64,000 nt of DNA, taken from contig CAWBUJ010000006.1 in NCBI GenBank assembly GCA_963791975.1, positions 42,815 to 106,814 on the forward strand, read 5' to 3'. How positions within the stretch are numbered: the stretch's first letter is position 1; each line of letters opens with the position of its first letter. The DNA is from an uncultured Acidobacteriaceae bacterium. GTDB taxonomy: Bacteria > Acidobacteriota > Terriglobia > Terriglobales > Acidobacteriaceae. Under the pieces are notes generated by a model. It was not told the origin of the DNA, searched no databases, and was given only the letters and a program-made list of their open reading frames with translations. The translations under genes and the position numbers were made by a program. Positions 27,547-37,884 of this stretch are shown one piece after another.

Positions 27547-28807
27547 CTACCCCTCCACACTGACCCGCACCATCTTCTTCCCCGCTCGCAGGGTGAATTC
27601 CGAGCCCAGCTTCACGGTGACGACGAGATCGGTCTTTAGTTCGCCGTCCACCTTCACGGCGTTTTGTTTGAGCTTGCGCAGGCCGTCGGTCACGCTGGTG
27701 GCGAGCCCGGTCCGCGCCAGCAGCTTGTCGAGCTTTATCTGCACGTTGCCGTCGTCGGTTGACGCATTGGGCGCGGCAACTTCCTCGAAACGCACGGAAA
27801 CCAGCGGCAAATCGTCGGGCGTCTCGTCTTTTTGGAACATGCGCGACCAGTCGTGCGCGGCCTGCTCGGCGGCTTGCGCAGAGTGGAAGTCGGCGACGAT
27901 GCGCTTGCCCAGTTCCTGCTTGAGCTTCATGGGATGCGCCTGGCCGGCGGCGACCTCGCGCTTCATGCGCTCGATGTCAGCCATGCTCACGTCGGTGACC
28001 AGCTCGTAATAGCGCCACATGAGCTCGTCGGAAATGGACATTACCTTACCGAACATCTCCTGCGGCGCTTCGGTGATGCCAATGTAGTTGCCGTACGACT
28101 TCGACATCTTCTGCACGCCGTCGGTGCCTTCCAGCAGCGGCGTGGTGAGCACGATTTGCGGCGGCTGACCGTAATGGCGTTGCAGCTCGCGTCCCATCAG
28201 CAGGTTGAATTTCTGGTCGGTGCCGCCAAGCTCGACGTCGGCCTCGAGCGCCACCGAGTCGTAGCCTTGCGCGATGGGATACAGCAGCTCGTGCATCGCG
28301 ATCGGCTTCTCGTCCATGAAGCGCTTGTGGAAGTCCTCGCGCTCCAGCATCTGCGAGACCGTGAACTTCGCAGCCAGCCGGATGAAGCCTTCGTACCCCA
28401 GCTTGTCCAGCCACTCACTGTTGAAGCGCACCTCGGTCTTGTCGCGGTCGAGGATTTTGAACACTTGCGCCTTGTAGGTTTCGGCGTTCTGGTCAATCTG
28501 CTCGCGGCTGAGCGGCGGCCGCGTCGCCGAACGTCCGGAGGGGTCGCCAATAAGTCCGGTGAAGTCGCCGATAAGGAAGATGACGGTGTGGCCCATGTCC
28601 TGAAAGTGTTTGAGCTTGCGCATGAGCACGGTATGGCCGAGATGCAGGTCGGGCGCGGTGGGGTCGAAGCCGGCCTTGACGCGCATGGGCTTGCCGCTGG
28701 CGAAGAGATTTCTCCAGGCGCTCGCGGAGGTCGCTCTCGCGGATGATCTCCGCTGCGCCCTTGCGCAGGTAGGCAAGCTGCTCGTCAACCGGAGGAAACT
28801 GGGGCAT
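27547..28807 (-). CDS. tyrS: Tyrosine--tRNA ligase with an apparent +1 frame break at ~28702
   Basis: N-terminal 35 codons ([35 protein letters not shown]) are in one frame. The rest ([23 protein letters not shown]...KMSKS...S4-like C-terminus) is in the next frame. One extra C lies at the junction. Confidence 0.85.
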
Positions 28808-28884
28808 AAGAAGCGATTATAGAGAAGGGCGGGAGAGGAGCGGGGTGTACAGTTTCCTCAGGTCCCGAGAAAAACAGATCCCTC

Positions 28885-28900
28885 GCGGGCTGAAGCCCGC
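28885..28900 (-). terminator. GC hairpin GCGGGC-TGAA-GCCCGC (REP-like or terminator)
   Basis: Perfect 6-bp stem. T-run follows on the minus strand after a spacer. Confidence 0.35.
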
Positions 28901-28930
28901 TCGTGATGACAAAAACAACGGGCGTACAAT

Positions 28931-28950
28931 GGCGCACCTGAAGGTGCGCC
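28931..28950 (-). terminator. GC hairpin GGCGCACC-TGAA-GGTGCGCC downstream of gatB
   Basis: Perfect 8-bp stem with the same TGAA loop as its neighbour. Confidence 0.45.
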
Positions 28951-28987
28951 CCTTCAAACGCAGAGCTCTCCGAAAACAGCCGGGGCG

Positions 28988-30463
<1,476 letters not shown>

Positions 30464-30504
30464 GTGTCGATTATAGTGGGGAACCAGCCGCTACAATATC
30501 CACC

Positions 30505-31668
30505 ATGGCTGACGAGCTTCTGCGTTACCGCTCCGAGTTCCCCATCCTGGACCGCACCACGTATCTCATCAGCAACTCGCTGGGCGCCATGCCACGCGAC
30601 GTGGAAGATGCGCTTCACCACTACACGGAGATGTGGAACACGCGCGGGGTTCGCGCCTGGGAGGAAGAATGGTGGATGCTGGCGGCGCAAGTCGGGGATG
30701 AAATCGGCGCGCTGATGAATGCCCCAGCGGGCTCGGTCGCATGCCTGCAAAACGTGACCACGTGCCAGGCGACGGTGGCGTCGTGCCTCGATTTCAGCGG
30801 GCGGCGCAATAAAGTGGTTTACACCGACTTGAATTTCCCCTCGGTCATGTACTTCTGGGAGGCGCAACGTTCGCGGGGCGCGCGGGTGGAGATGGTGCCG
30901 AACGATGACGGCATCCACGTCAACACCGAGCGTCTGCTGGACGCCATCGATGACGAGACGCTCATCGTGCCCATCTCGCACGTCATCTTTCGCAGCGCGT
31001 TTATCCAGGATGTCGAGGCGATCGTGGAGAAAGCGCACCGCGTCGGAGCATACGTGCTGCTGGATTCGTTTCAGGCGACCGGCACCGTGCCCTTCGATGT
31101 GCAGCGGCTGAATGTGGATTTTTGCACCGGAGGCGTACTGAAGTGGCTGTGTGGCGGGCCGGGAACGGCTTACCTCTATGTACGTCCTGATCTCGCGAGC
31201 AAGCTGGAGCCGGCATTCACCGGCTGGATGGGTCACGAGAATCCGTTTGGTTTCGAGATCGGCCCCACGCGCTACGCGCCGACCATCTATCGCTTTACCC
31301 AGGGCACGCCAAACATTCCTGCGCTTCAGGTGGCGAGGCCGGGGGTAAAGATTATCGCCGAGGTGGGCGTGGAGAAGATCCGCGAGAAGTCAAAACGGCA
31401 GACGGCGCTCCTCATCGAAATGGCCGACCGGAATGGCTGGCGGGTGAATACGCCGCGCGATCCCGAGCGCCGCGGCGGAACGGTGTCCATCGACATGCCC
31501 AATGCCCAGCAGGTCTGCAACGAACTGCTCAGGCGCGATGTGCTGGTGGATTACCGTCCCAAGGCCGGAGTGAGGTTTTCGCCGCACTTCTATAACAGTG
31601 ACGAGGAGCTGGCTACGGCCATCACGGCGGTCGAAGAGATTCTGGCCGGGATGAAGGTACACACATAG
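30505..31668 (+). CDS. Class V aminotransferase-fold PLP enzyme (kynureninase-like)
   Basis: 387 aa. DFCTGGVLKWLCGGPGTAYLYV resembles the kynureninase PLP-lysine region. Confidence 0.65.
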   Translation: MADELLRYRSEFPILDRTTYLISNSLGAMPRDVEDALHHYTEMWNTRGVRAWEEEWWMLAAQVGDEIGALMNAPAGSVACLQNVTTCQATVASCLDFSGRRNKVVYTDLNFPSVMYFWEAQRSRGARVEMVPNDDGIHVNTERLLDAIDDETLIVPISHVIFRSAFIQDVEAIVEKAHRVGAYVLLDSFQATGTVPFDVQRLNVDFCTGGVLKWLCGGPGTAYLYVRPDLASKLEPAFTGWMGHENPFGFEIGPTRYAPTIYRFTQGTPNIPALQVARPGVKIIAEVGVEKIREKSKRQTALLIEMADRNGWRVNTPRDPERRGGTVSIDMPNAQQVCNELLRRDVLVDYRPKAGVRFSPHFYNSDEELATAITAVEEILAGMKVHT

Positions 31669-31735
31669 ATTCTGCCGGTCAGGGCTGGGAATCGGGATGT
31701 ACCGCGCAGGTTCCGGGCAACATCCTTCTTGACTT

Positions 31736-31751
31736 TTCGCCTTTTATTCGC
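31736..31751. promoter_or_regulatory. Direct repeat TTCGC-N6-TTCGC (11-bp period) upstream of lexA; candidate SOS-box-like site
   Basis: Read directly, 33 nt upstream of the lexA ATG. Confidence 0.25.
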
Positions 31752-31783
31752 TAACAATTCAGGTGGAGGCGGCGATCGCGATT

Positions 31784-32422
31784 ATGGCTCTCACCCGGCG
31801 TCAAAAACAGGTATACGACTTTATCTCCAGCTTTGTGGACAAGAACGGTTATTCGCCTTCCTATGAGGAGATTGCGGACGGTCTTGGCCTCAGTTCGCTG
31901 GCCACGGTGCATAAGCACATCAGCAACCTGGAAGAGAAGGAACTGCTTCGGCGGGACTACAACCGCAGCCGCTCGATTGACCTGCTGCGGCCGCGCGGCC
32001 GCATGAAGCAGGCGTTTGCCGTGGCAGCGGCAGCGGCGGCCGAATCCAGCATGAGCCTGCCGCTGCTGGGACGAATTGCCGCCGGCCGGCCGCTGGAAGC
32101 GGTGGAGAATCCAGAGTCCATCTCGCTCTCCGACTTCACCCGGTCAAAAGACGTATACGTGCTCCAGGTCACCGGCGAGAGCATGCAGGACGAGCACATC
32201 GTCAACGGCGACTACGTATTGGTGGAGAAGACCAATGTGGCGCGCGATGGCGAGATTGTGGTTGCACTGGTCAACGGCAGCGACGCCACTCTGAAGCGAA
32301 TCTACGTGGAAGGCAGCAAGATTCGCTTGCAGCCGTCCAACGCCGCCATGCAGCCGATCATCGTTCCCGCCGCCACGGTACAGGTGCAGGGAAGAGTGAT
32401 TGGAGTTCTGCGGAAGTACTAA
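31784..32422 (+). CDS. lexA: LexA repressor (S24 peptidase)
   Basis: MALTRRQKQVYDFISSFVDKNGYSPSYEEIADGLGLSSLATVHKHI (LexA DNA-binding domain), GRIAAG cleavage site, GESM catalytic Ser and TLKR Lys. Confidence 0.92.
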   Translation: MALTRRQKQVYDFISSFVDKNGYSPSYEEIADGLGLSSLATVHKHISNLEEKELLRRDYNRSRSIDLLRPRGRMKQAFAVAAAAAAESSMSLPLLGRIAAGRPLEAVENPESISLSDFTRSKDVYVLQVTGESMQDEHIVNGDYVLVEKTNVARDGEIVVALVNGSDATLKRIYVEGSKIRLQPSNAAMQPIIVPAATVQVQGRVIGVLRKY

Positions 32423-32488
32423 GTTAAGAAGCTGGCGGTTTTTACCGGACGGGCACTTACAATAAGCCATGAGTAGAACTGGATAGCG

Positions 32489-33496
32489 ATGAGTCACGCG
32501 ACAGGAACTTTGTTTCCGAGAATTGACCGCGCGGCATCGGTCGAACCGGAGTGGGTTGCCGTTCTGAGGCGCCGCGAAGAAATGCTCTGGGGTTCCCTTA
32601 AGAATCTCGGGCCCCAGCAGAGGCATCACCTTTCTGACCGCGCCACCTATGTTCACTGCGAGGCCTTAAGCTGGATTTCGGATCTACCCGCGAATTCGAT
32701 ACACGCCGTCGTCACCGACCCACCATACGGTATGGTGGAGTACGACGAAAAAAACCACGCAAAGCTTCGCAAGGGTAGAGGGGGGGTGTGGAGGATTCCG
32801 CCTAGCTTCGACGGCGCAAATCGAAAGCCGGTACCTCGATTCACGGTTTTATCCAAGGAGGAAATTCTAAATCTCCACGGGTTTTTCAGTGCGGTGGCTT
32901 ATGGCCTCCTTAAGGCCCTAGTGCCCGGCGGTCACGTTTTTGTCGCCTCTAATCCGTTGCTTTCGACCACAACCTTTCACGCATTTATAGAGTCCGGCTT
33001 CGAGAAGCGGGGTGAGGTCATCCGCCTGGTGCAGACGCTCCGCGGCGGAGACCGACCCAAAGGCGCGGAACGGGAATTTTCAGATGTCACGGCGATGCCG
33101 AGGTCTTGCTGGGAGCCTTGGGGCATCTTTCGCAAGCCGATCGAAGAAACACTGGCCGAAAATCTGCGGGCTTGGGGAACGGGTGGACTACGCAGAATCT
33201 CGGAGGAAGAGCCGTTTAAGGACGTGATTATTTGTTCTCCCACGCGAGGGCTCGAAAAAGAAATCGCGCCTCATCCATCGCTCAAGCCGCAACGTTTCTT
33301 GCGTAAGCTGGTTCGAGCCGCGCTGCCTCTGGGGATCGGAATCATTTACGATCCTTTTGCAGGATCAGGTTCCACTTTGGCAGCAGTCGAAGCGGTTGAG
33401 TACCGTGGAGTCGGAACCGATTCCGACCCCCAGTACTTTGCTCTGGCGAAGCAGGCGTTTCAATCGCTATCTTCGCTGCAGCTACCTGATCAGTAA
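32489..33496 (+). CDS. Beta-class DNA methyltransferase (N6-adenine or N4-cytosine)
   Basis: Motif IV VVTDPPYG lies N-terminal to motif I YDPFAGSGSTLAA. The true start may be internal. Confidence 0.85.
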   Translation: MSHATGTLFPRIDRAASVEPEWVAVLRRREEMLWGSLKNLGPQQRHHLSDRATYVHCEALSWISDLPANSIHAVVTDPPYGMVEYDEKNHAKLRKGRGGVWRIPPSFDGANRKPVPRFTVLSKEEILNLHGFFSAVAYGLLKALVPGGHVFVASNPLLSTTTFHAFIESGFEKRGEVIRLVQTLRGGDRPKGAEREFSDVTAMPRSCWEPWGIFRKPIEETLAENLRAWGTGGLRRISEEEPFKDVIICSPTRGLEKEIAPHPSLKPQRFLRKLVRAALPLGIGIIYDPFAGSGSTLAAVEAVEYRGVGTDSDPQYFALAKQAFQSLSSLQLPDQ

Positions 33497-33502
33497 TGGG
33501 CG

Positions 33503-34120
33503 ATGCCGATCCTCCGCAACCACGCCGATCCAACCAGGTTTAACCAGGGCGCGATCCTGCCGTTTGAGCTGCGACTCAAGGATTTTGAAATGGCAATGCA
33601 GGACGTATATGACTTCTTCTATGACGTGAACCTGCTACTTTTGAGTAAGGGCCTCCGGAGACTGGACGACATGCTTCGGCCCGCCATCATGTCAGGGCTT
33701 CTTTCTGACATGCTAACGGCGAGCCTCGCCAGGCACTCGCGGACTCTCGTACAGAATAAGTATTTCAATGGACATCCGGATCTGGTGGTCCGGGGAGTGT
33801 ATCCGAGCGACAGCATTAAAGCGGGGTCAGACGGCGTTGAAATTAAGACAACCAGAAAAGCCGGCGGGGCGGTGGATACCCACGGTGCACGCGATCAATG
33901 GATGTGCGTGTTCGTGTACGACATCGACAATGTGACAGAGCCAGCAGTTGACCGCCATCCAATGGCGTTTACAGAGATTTATCTTGGCCAGGTGACGATC
34001 GCCGATTTCCGTCAAAACGCGCGCGGTCCACTCGGTACCAGGACGGCGACGCTGGGCCGGGATGGAATTGCGAAGTTGAGAAGTAACTGGCTTTACCGTC
34101 TGAAATGGCCTGACCCGTGA
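33503..34120 (+). CDS. Putative type II restriction endonuclease (PD-(D/E)xK)
   Basis: GHPDLVV...(20 aa)...DGVEIKTT fits PD...ExK. Starts 6 nt after the methyltransferase stop. Confidence 0.6.
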   Translation: MPILRNHADPTRFNQGAILPFELRLKDFEMAMQDVYDFFYDVNLLLLSKGLRRLDDMLRPAIMSGLLSDMLTASLARHSRTLVQNKYFNGHPDLVVRGVYPSDSIKAGSDGVEIKTTRKAGGAVDTHGARDQWMCVFVYDIDNVTEPAVDRHPMAFTEIYLGQVTIADFRQNARGPLGTRTATLGRDGIAKLRSNWLYRLKWPDP

Positions 34121-34146
34121 GGCCGCGCGCGATTATCGGTCGGTTG

Positions 34147-34162
34147 CTGGCTTTCCAGCCAG
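34147..34162. terminator. Hairpin CTGGCT-TTCC-AGCCAG between convergent genes
   Basis: Perfect 6-bp stem. Confidence 0.35.
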
Positions 34163-34172
34163 GCATGCAAAT

Positions 34173-34192
34173 GGCGCGGCCGCAGCCGCGCC
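34173..34192. terminator. Hairpin GGCGCGGC-CGCA-GCCGCGCC between convergent genes
   Basis: Perfect 8-bp stem. An A-run follows on plus (T-run precedes it on minus). Confidence 0.45.
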
Positions 34193-34214
34193 AGGCGCGA
34201 AAAACTCTTACGGT

Positions 34215-34544
34215 TTACAGGTTCTTGTCCAGCGCCTTTTCGATCACATCGCGGGAGACGTAGCCCACGATCTGCTCGCGGACCTGCCCGCCTTTGAAAA
34301 CCAACAGGGTGGGAATTCCGCGCACTCCATAGCGCTGCGGCGTGGCGGCATTCTTGTCCACGTCCATTTTGCCGATCTTTACCCGGCCGTTGTAGCTGGT
34401 CGCCAATTCGTCCACGATTGGCGCCAACGCCCGGCACGGACCGCACCAAGCCGCCCAGAAATCCACCATCACCGGTTCGTCCGACTTCAAAACGAGCTGA
34501 TCGAAATTCGCATCGGTTACTTCTACGATTGCTTCACTCGCCAT
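34215..34544 (-). CDS. trxA: Thioredoxin
   Basis: 109 aa, WAAWCGPCR active site, GGAGG SD. Confidence 0.95.
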   Translation of the reverse strand: MASEAIVEVTDANFDQLVLKSDEPVMVDFWAAWCGPCRALAPIVDELATSYNGRVKIGKMDVDKNAATPQRYGVRGIPTLLVFKGGQVREQIVGYVSRDVIEKALDKNL

Positions 34545-34842
34545 TAATTTCCTCCGCAGGGATCACAGCCCCGGCCACGCCTTGGCGGGCCGGGCTTCCA
34601 ATCATCCTAACATCCCCGATGCGAGATTAGATGCGCAGCGGCCTCGCAGGACGCAAGCCGGCGGAAACGGAGTTTTGTGCTGAGTTCGGTATACAGAGAG
34701 GCTTTAGATGGCGGAAATCTTCGTGGCAAAAAATCAAGAGCGCCCTGCTGATTCAGCAGAGCGCCCGGAAGGCAGCCCTCCCCCAGAACTGCCTGACTGC
34801 GATTTGATTGTGCATCCATTCTCGGGTTTTGTAAATAGGTCT

Positions 34843-34905
34843 TTGGTAACAACTTGGTAAACAAATTAGTAACCTAAAGTAACCTATAGTAGATGTACAG
34901 TAACC
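34843..34905. repeat. Helically phased array of six (A/G)GTAAC-like motifs
   Basis: GGTAAC 34845, GGTAAAC 34856, AGTAACC 34868, AGTAACC 34878, AGTAGAT 34888, AGTAACC 34899. Spacings are 11, 12, 10, 10 and 11 bp. Confidence 0.7.
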
Positions 34906-34991
34906 TCTTTCCATCTGGACTACGATTTCCCGAACTTTCTGAATCCACGACGCCTTAAGCGCATCTGCGGTTGGAACCATTCCCCATCCAA

Positions 34992-37262
34992 CTACCCCAG
35001 ACTGCTCGCCAATAACTCTGCGGGATGGACGACTTCGCGGCCCATTCCGGCCAGCAACTGTTCGTGACACGAAGTCCCACTGGCGACCAGAGTGCGGGGC
35101 CCACCCTCTTTGTCAGCCTGCCGGACTTGCGCGAACAGGTCCTCCCCTACGGCCATGCTCATTTCGTAATACTCGTGCTTGTATCCGAAGCTGCCGGCCA
35201 TGCCACAGCACTCGACGGACGACGTCACCACATCGAAGCCTGCTGCGCGCAGTACCTCGACAGTCTGAGTCGCAGAGTTGCAGGTACGCTGCTGGCAATG
35301 CGAGTGGTAGAACAACCGCGTGCCGTGCGCGCATTTGGCGGCGGGAAAGATCCGCGCCAGGTCGAGCCGTTGCTCCAGAGCGACCTGCCACAGGTACTCA
35401 AGCGGCTCAAAGCTGTTTCGTGCCAACAGGGTTTGCGTGTCGTCGCCGTTCAGCAGATGCTTGAAATCGAAGCGCAGCATGGCCAGCACGCTGGGTTCGA
35501 GCACAAGAATCTTTCTTCCCTGGTCCAGATAACCGCGCAGCATGGGCGCGATGGCACGGGCTTGCTGCCGGGCAGTCTCCATCATGCCCTGCGACATGGC
35601 GGCGCGTCCGTCGGGCATGGCGGGACTAAGCACCACGTCGAGAGCGATGGCACGCAGGACGCGAATCGCGGCCATCCCGCGCTCGGGCGCACCATAGTTG
35701 GTGAAGATGTCCGCCAGCATTACTACGCCGGGTTGAAGCGTTCCCGGCTTGACGCTGCCCTGTTCGCGATAGATCTGCTCCCACGTTTTCTTGGGGAAGG
35801 GCGGCAGCGTCCGGCGATGATCAACGCCGAGAGCGCTTTCCATGAAGCTGCGCGCACCGGGGAGGTTCATCGAAGCATTCGCCAGCCCGGCGGACTGCGT
35901 TCCCCATTTTCCAAACGCGGCGTAGTTGCCGAAGAACTGCTTCTGCAGCGGCGCAGTGCGATCCTCGGGCGCACTGCCGGTGAGCGCCCCAAACGCCGAC
36001 TTCGTACCCGAGGATCCCTGGGCCTGATTCATGCGCTGACGGAGGTTTTCGTTAAGCCAGGGAATGTCAATGCGCACCGGGCAGTTCGGGACGCAGCGCG
36101 AGCAGGCGGTGCACAACTCGCTGAAGCGAGCGTTCATCAGGGTCCCGGTGCCGGCCTCCCAGGAGCCGCCGATGCCGCCGGAGTAAGTCTCTCCACCGAA
36201 GGCGTGGCCGCCAACCGTCTCGAAATTGGCGCACGAGTTCAGACAGGCGCTGCAGCGAATGCAGTACAGCGCCTCATGCAGCACCGGGTCTTCGCGCATC
36301 CGGCTGCGGCCGTTGTCGATGAGCACCATGTGGAACTCGCGCGGCTTGGCTGTCTTGCCGGGGGCGACGAAGGGCGACGCCTTGAGCGGAGGATGCAGGA
36401 TGCTCACGTAGGAGGTCAGCGGCTGGCCCGTCCCGCTGCGCGGCAACAGCTCGATGAAGGTGGCGAAATCGGTGCGCGAGGGCACGACCTTCTCGATGCC
36501 GGCAATCGCGATGTGCACCGGCGGCAATGTGGTGGTCATGCGGATGTTGCCTTCGCTTTCCACCAGCATCAGCGAGCCGCTGTCGGCGGCAACAAAGTTG
36601 GCGCCGGAGATGCCGGCGTCGGCGGCGATGAACTGCTGGCGCAGGATTTCCCGCGCAAACTTGGTAAGTTCCTCACCGGTATCCAGCGGCAGGTCGGTTT
36701 TGAACTTGCGCTTGAACAACGCGGTGATGCGCTCGCGCGAATAATGCAGGGCCGGCGCCACGATGTGCGAAGGCTGCTCGTCGGCCACCTGCAGGATGAA
36801 CTCCGCCAGGTCGCTCTCGGCCACCTTGATGCCCACGGCCTCCAGCGCATGATTTAGCTTGATCTCTTCCGAGGTGATGCTCTTGCCCTTCACCACCAGT
36901 TTCACTTCATGGCGCACCAGCACGTCGCGAATGTACTGGTTGGCGTCAGCCGCGGTCTTGGCCAGATAAAAATGTCCGCCGTTGGCATGCACGCTGGCCT
37001 CAAGCTGGGTTAGTAACGCAGGCTGGTTGGCGATGGCCTGCTCTTTGATCTGGCGCGCCCGGTCCTTCAGCTGGTCATAGTCCGGGAGGCGCCCGATGGC
37101 GGCGTAGCGGTTGCGGTTGAAGGTCTGAGTGTTAAGGCGGATGGCGGCACTCTGCACGCCCAAGGTCATGCGGATGGCGTCGCGCAGGTGCTTCTTGTCG
37201 CTCTTGTTTGCCACCTGGCGCGGAGTGATGTCGGAAGGATTTACGGATGTAGCCATGCTCAC
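34992..37262 (-). CDS. LutB-like iron-sulfur protein fused to a LutA/GlpC-like CCG-domain Fe-S oxidoreductase
   Basis: 756 aa. LUD-type N-terminus, CIRCSACLNSC and CTACSRCVPNCP ferredoxin motifs, C-terminal CCG motifs (CCGMAGSFG). Confidence 0.8.
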   Translation of the reverse strand: MSMATSVNPSDITPRQVANKSDKKHLRDAIRMTLGVQSAAIRLNTQTFNRNRYAAIGRLPDYDQLKDRARQIKEQAIANQPALLTQLEASVHANGGHFYLAKTAADANQYIRDVLVRHEVKLVVKGKSITSEEIKLNHALEAVGIKVAESDLAEFILQVADEQPSHIVAPALHYSRERITALFKRKFKTDLPLDTGEELTKFAREILRQQFIAADAGISGANFVAADSGSLMLVESEGNIRMTTTLPPVHIAIAGIEKVVPSRTDFATFIELLPRSGTGQPLTSYVSILHPPLKASPFVAPGKTAKPREFHMVLIDNGRSRMREDPVLHEALYCIRCSACLNSCANFETVGGHAFGGETYSGGIGGSWEAGTGTLMNARFSELCTACSRCVPNCPVRIDIPWLNENLRQRMNQAQGSSGTKSAFGALTGSAPEDRTAPLQKQFFGNYAAFGKWGTQSAGLANASMNLPGARSFMESALGVDHRRTLPPFPKKTWEQIYREQGSVKPGTLQPGVVMLADIFTNYGAPERGMAAIRVLRAIALDVVLSPAMPDGRAAMSQGMMETARQQARAIAPMLRGYLDQGRKILVLEPSVLAMLRFDFKHLLNGDDTQTLLARNSFEPLEYLWQVALEQRLDLARIFPAAKCAHGTRLFYHSHCQQRTCNSATQTVEVLRAAGFDVVTSSVECCGMAGSFGYKHEYYEMSMAVGEDLFAQVRQADKEGGPRTLVASGTSCHEQLLAGMGREVVHPAELLASSLG

Positions 37263-37810
37263 CTCAACACGATGATGTGCAGCTTGTGCGGGCCGTGGAC
37301 CCCACGCACCAACGGTCCCATGTCGGCGGTGGCGCTGGGGCCGGTAACGAAAACGAAGTCCCGGGTCAGCCCTTTGCCGTCGAGCACGTCAGTGCGAAAC
37401 AGATCGCGGGGCTGCGGCACAATGGTCTCGGCCGCGACAACTGCGATCTGGAAAGGCGCCAGCAGGCTCACCATGCCGGTGCGCTCCTGGCTGACATTGA
37501 TACACACCGAGCCGGTGCTAACGACCGCGGCGAACGCCTCCGTCACACTCACGGGCGAATTGACCATCTCGTCGGGCGTGGCATCGGCGCGCACGCGCGG
37601 GTCGGTCGCAAAATCTGCGAACAACGTAGCCGGCAGATCGTGAGGAGGAGCGTAGAGGATTCGGTTGGCGTCGCCGGCAGCCCGGAGGATGGCATCCCGC
37701 AGGGCTGTAGGAGTGCGGTCAATGACCTCGACGCTGGCGACTGCCTTGGTCGCCGACTCGATGAATTGCTCGATCGTCAGAGTGGAGGGTGGTGCCATTG
37801 TCTGCGACAT
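37259..37810 (-). CDS. lutC: LutC-like LUD-domain protein
   Basis: 183 aa. Its stop overlaps the downstream lutB-like gene start by 4 nt. ...SATADMG... C-terminus is typical of LUD. Confidence 0.7.
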   Translation of the reverse strand: MSQTMAPPSTLTIEQFIESATKAVASVEVIDRTPTALRDAILRAAGDANRILYAPPHDLPATLFADFATDPRVRADATPDEMVNSPVSVTEAFAAVVSTGSVCINVSQERTGMVSLLAPFQIAVVAAETIVPQPRDLFRTDVLDGKGLTRDFVFVTGPSATADMGPLVRGVHGPHKLHIIVLR

Positions 37811-37884
37811 ATAGTTGCATGGCAGCTTATACCGCCTCTGGGTCCAAAATCATGTTTTTTCGTCACAAAATGGTATGACGGCGC

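Noticed and set aside
28808-28987. T-box leader upstream of tyrS.
   Set aside because: There is no T-box consensus (AGGGTGGTACCGCG-like) or specifier-loop architecture, and the spacer is too short.
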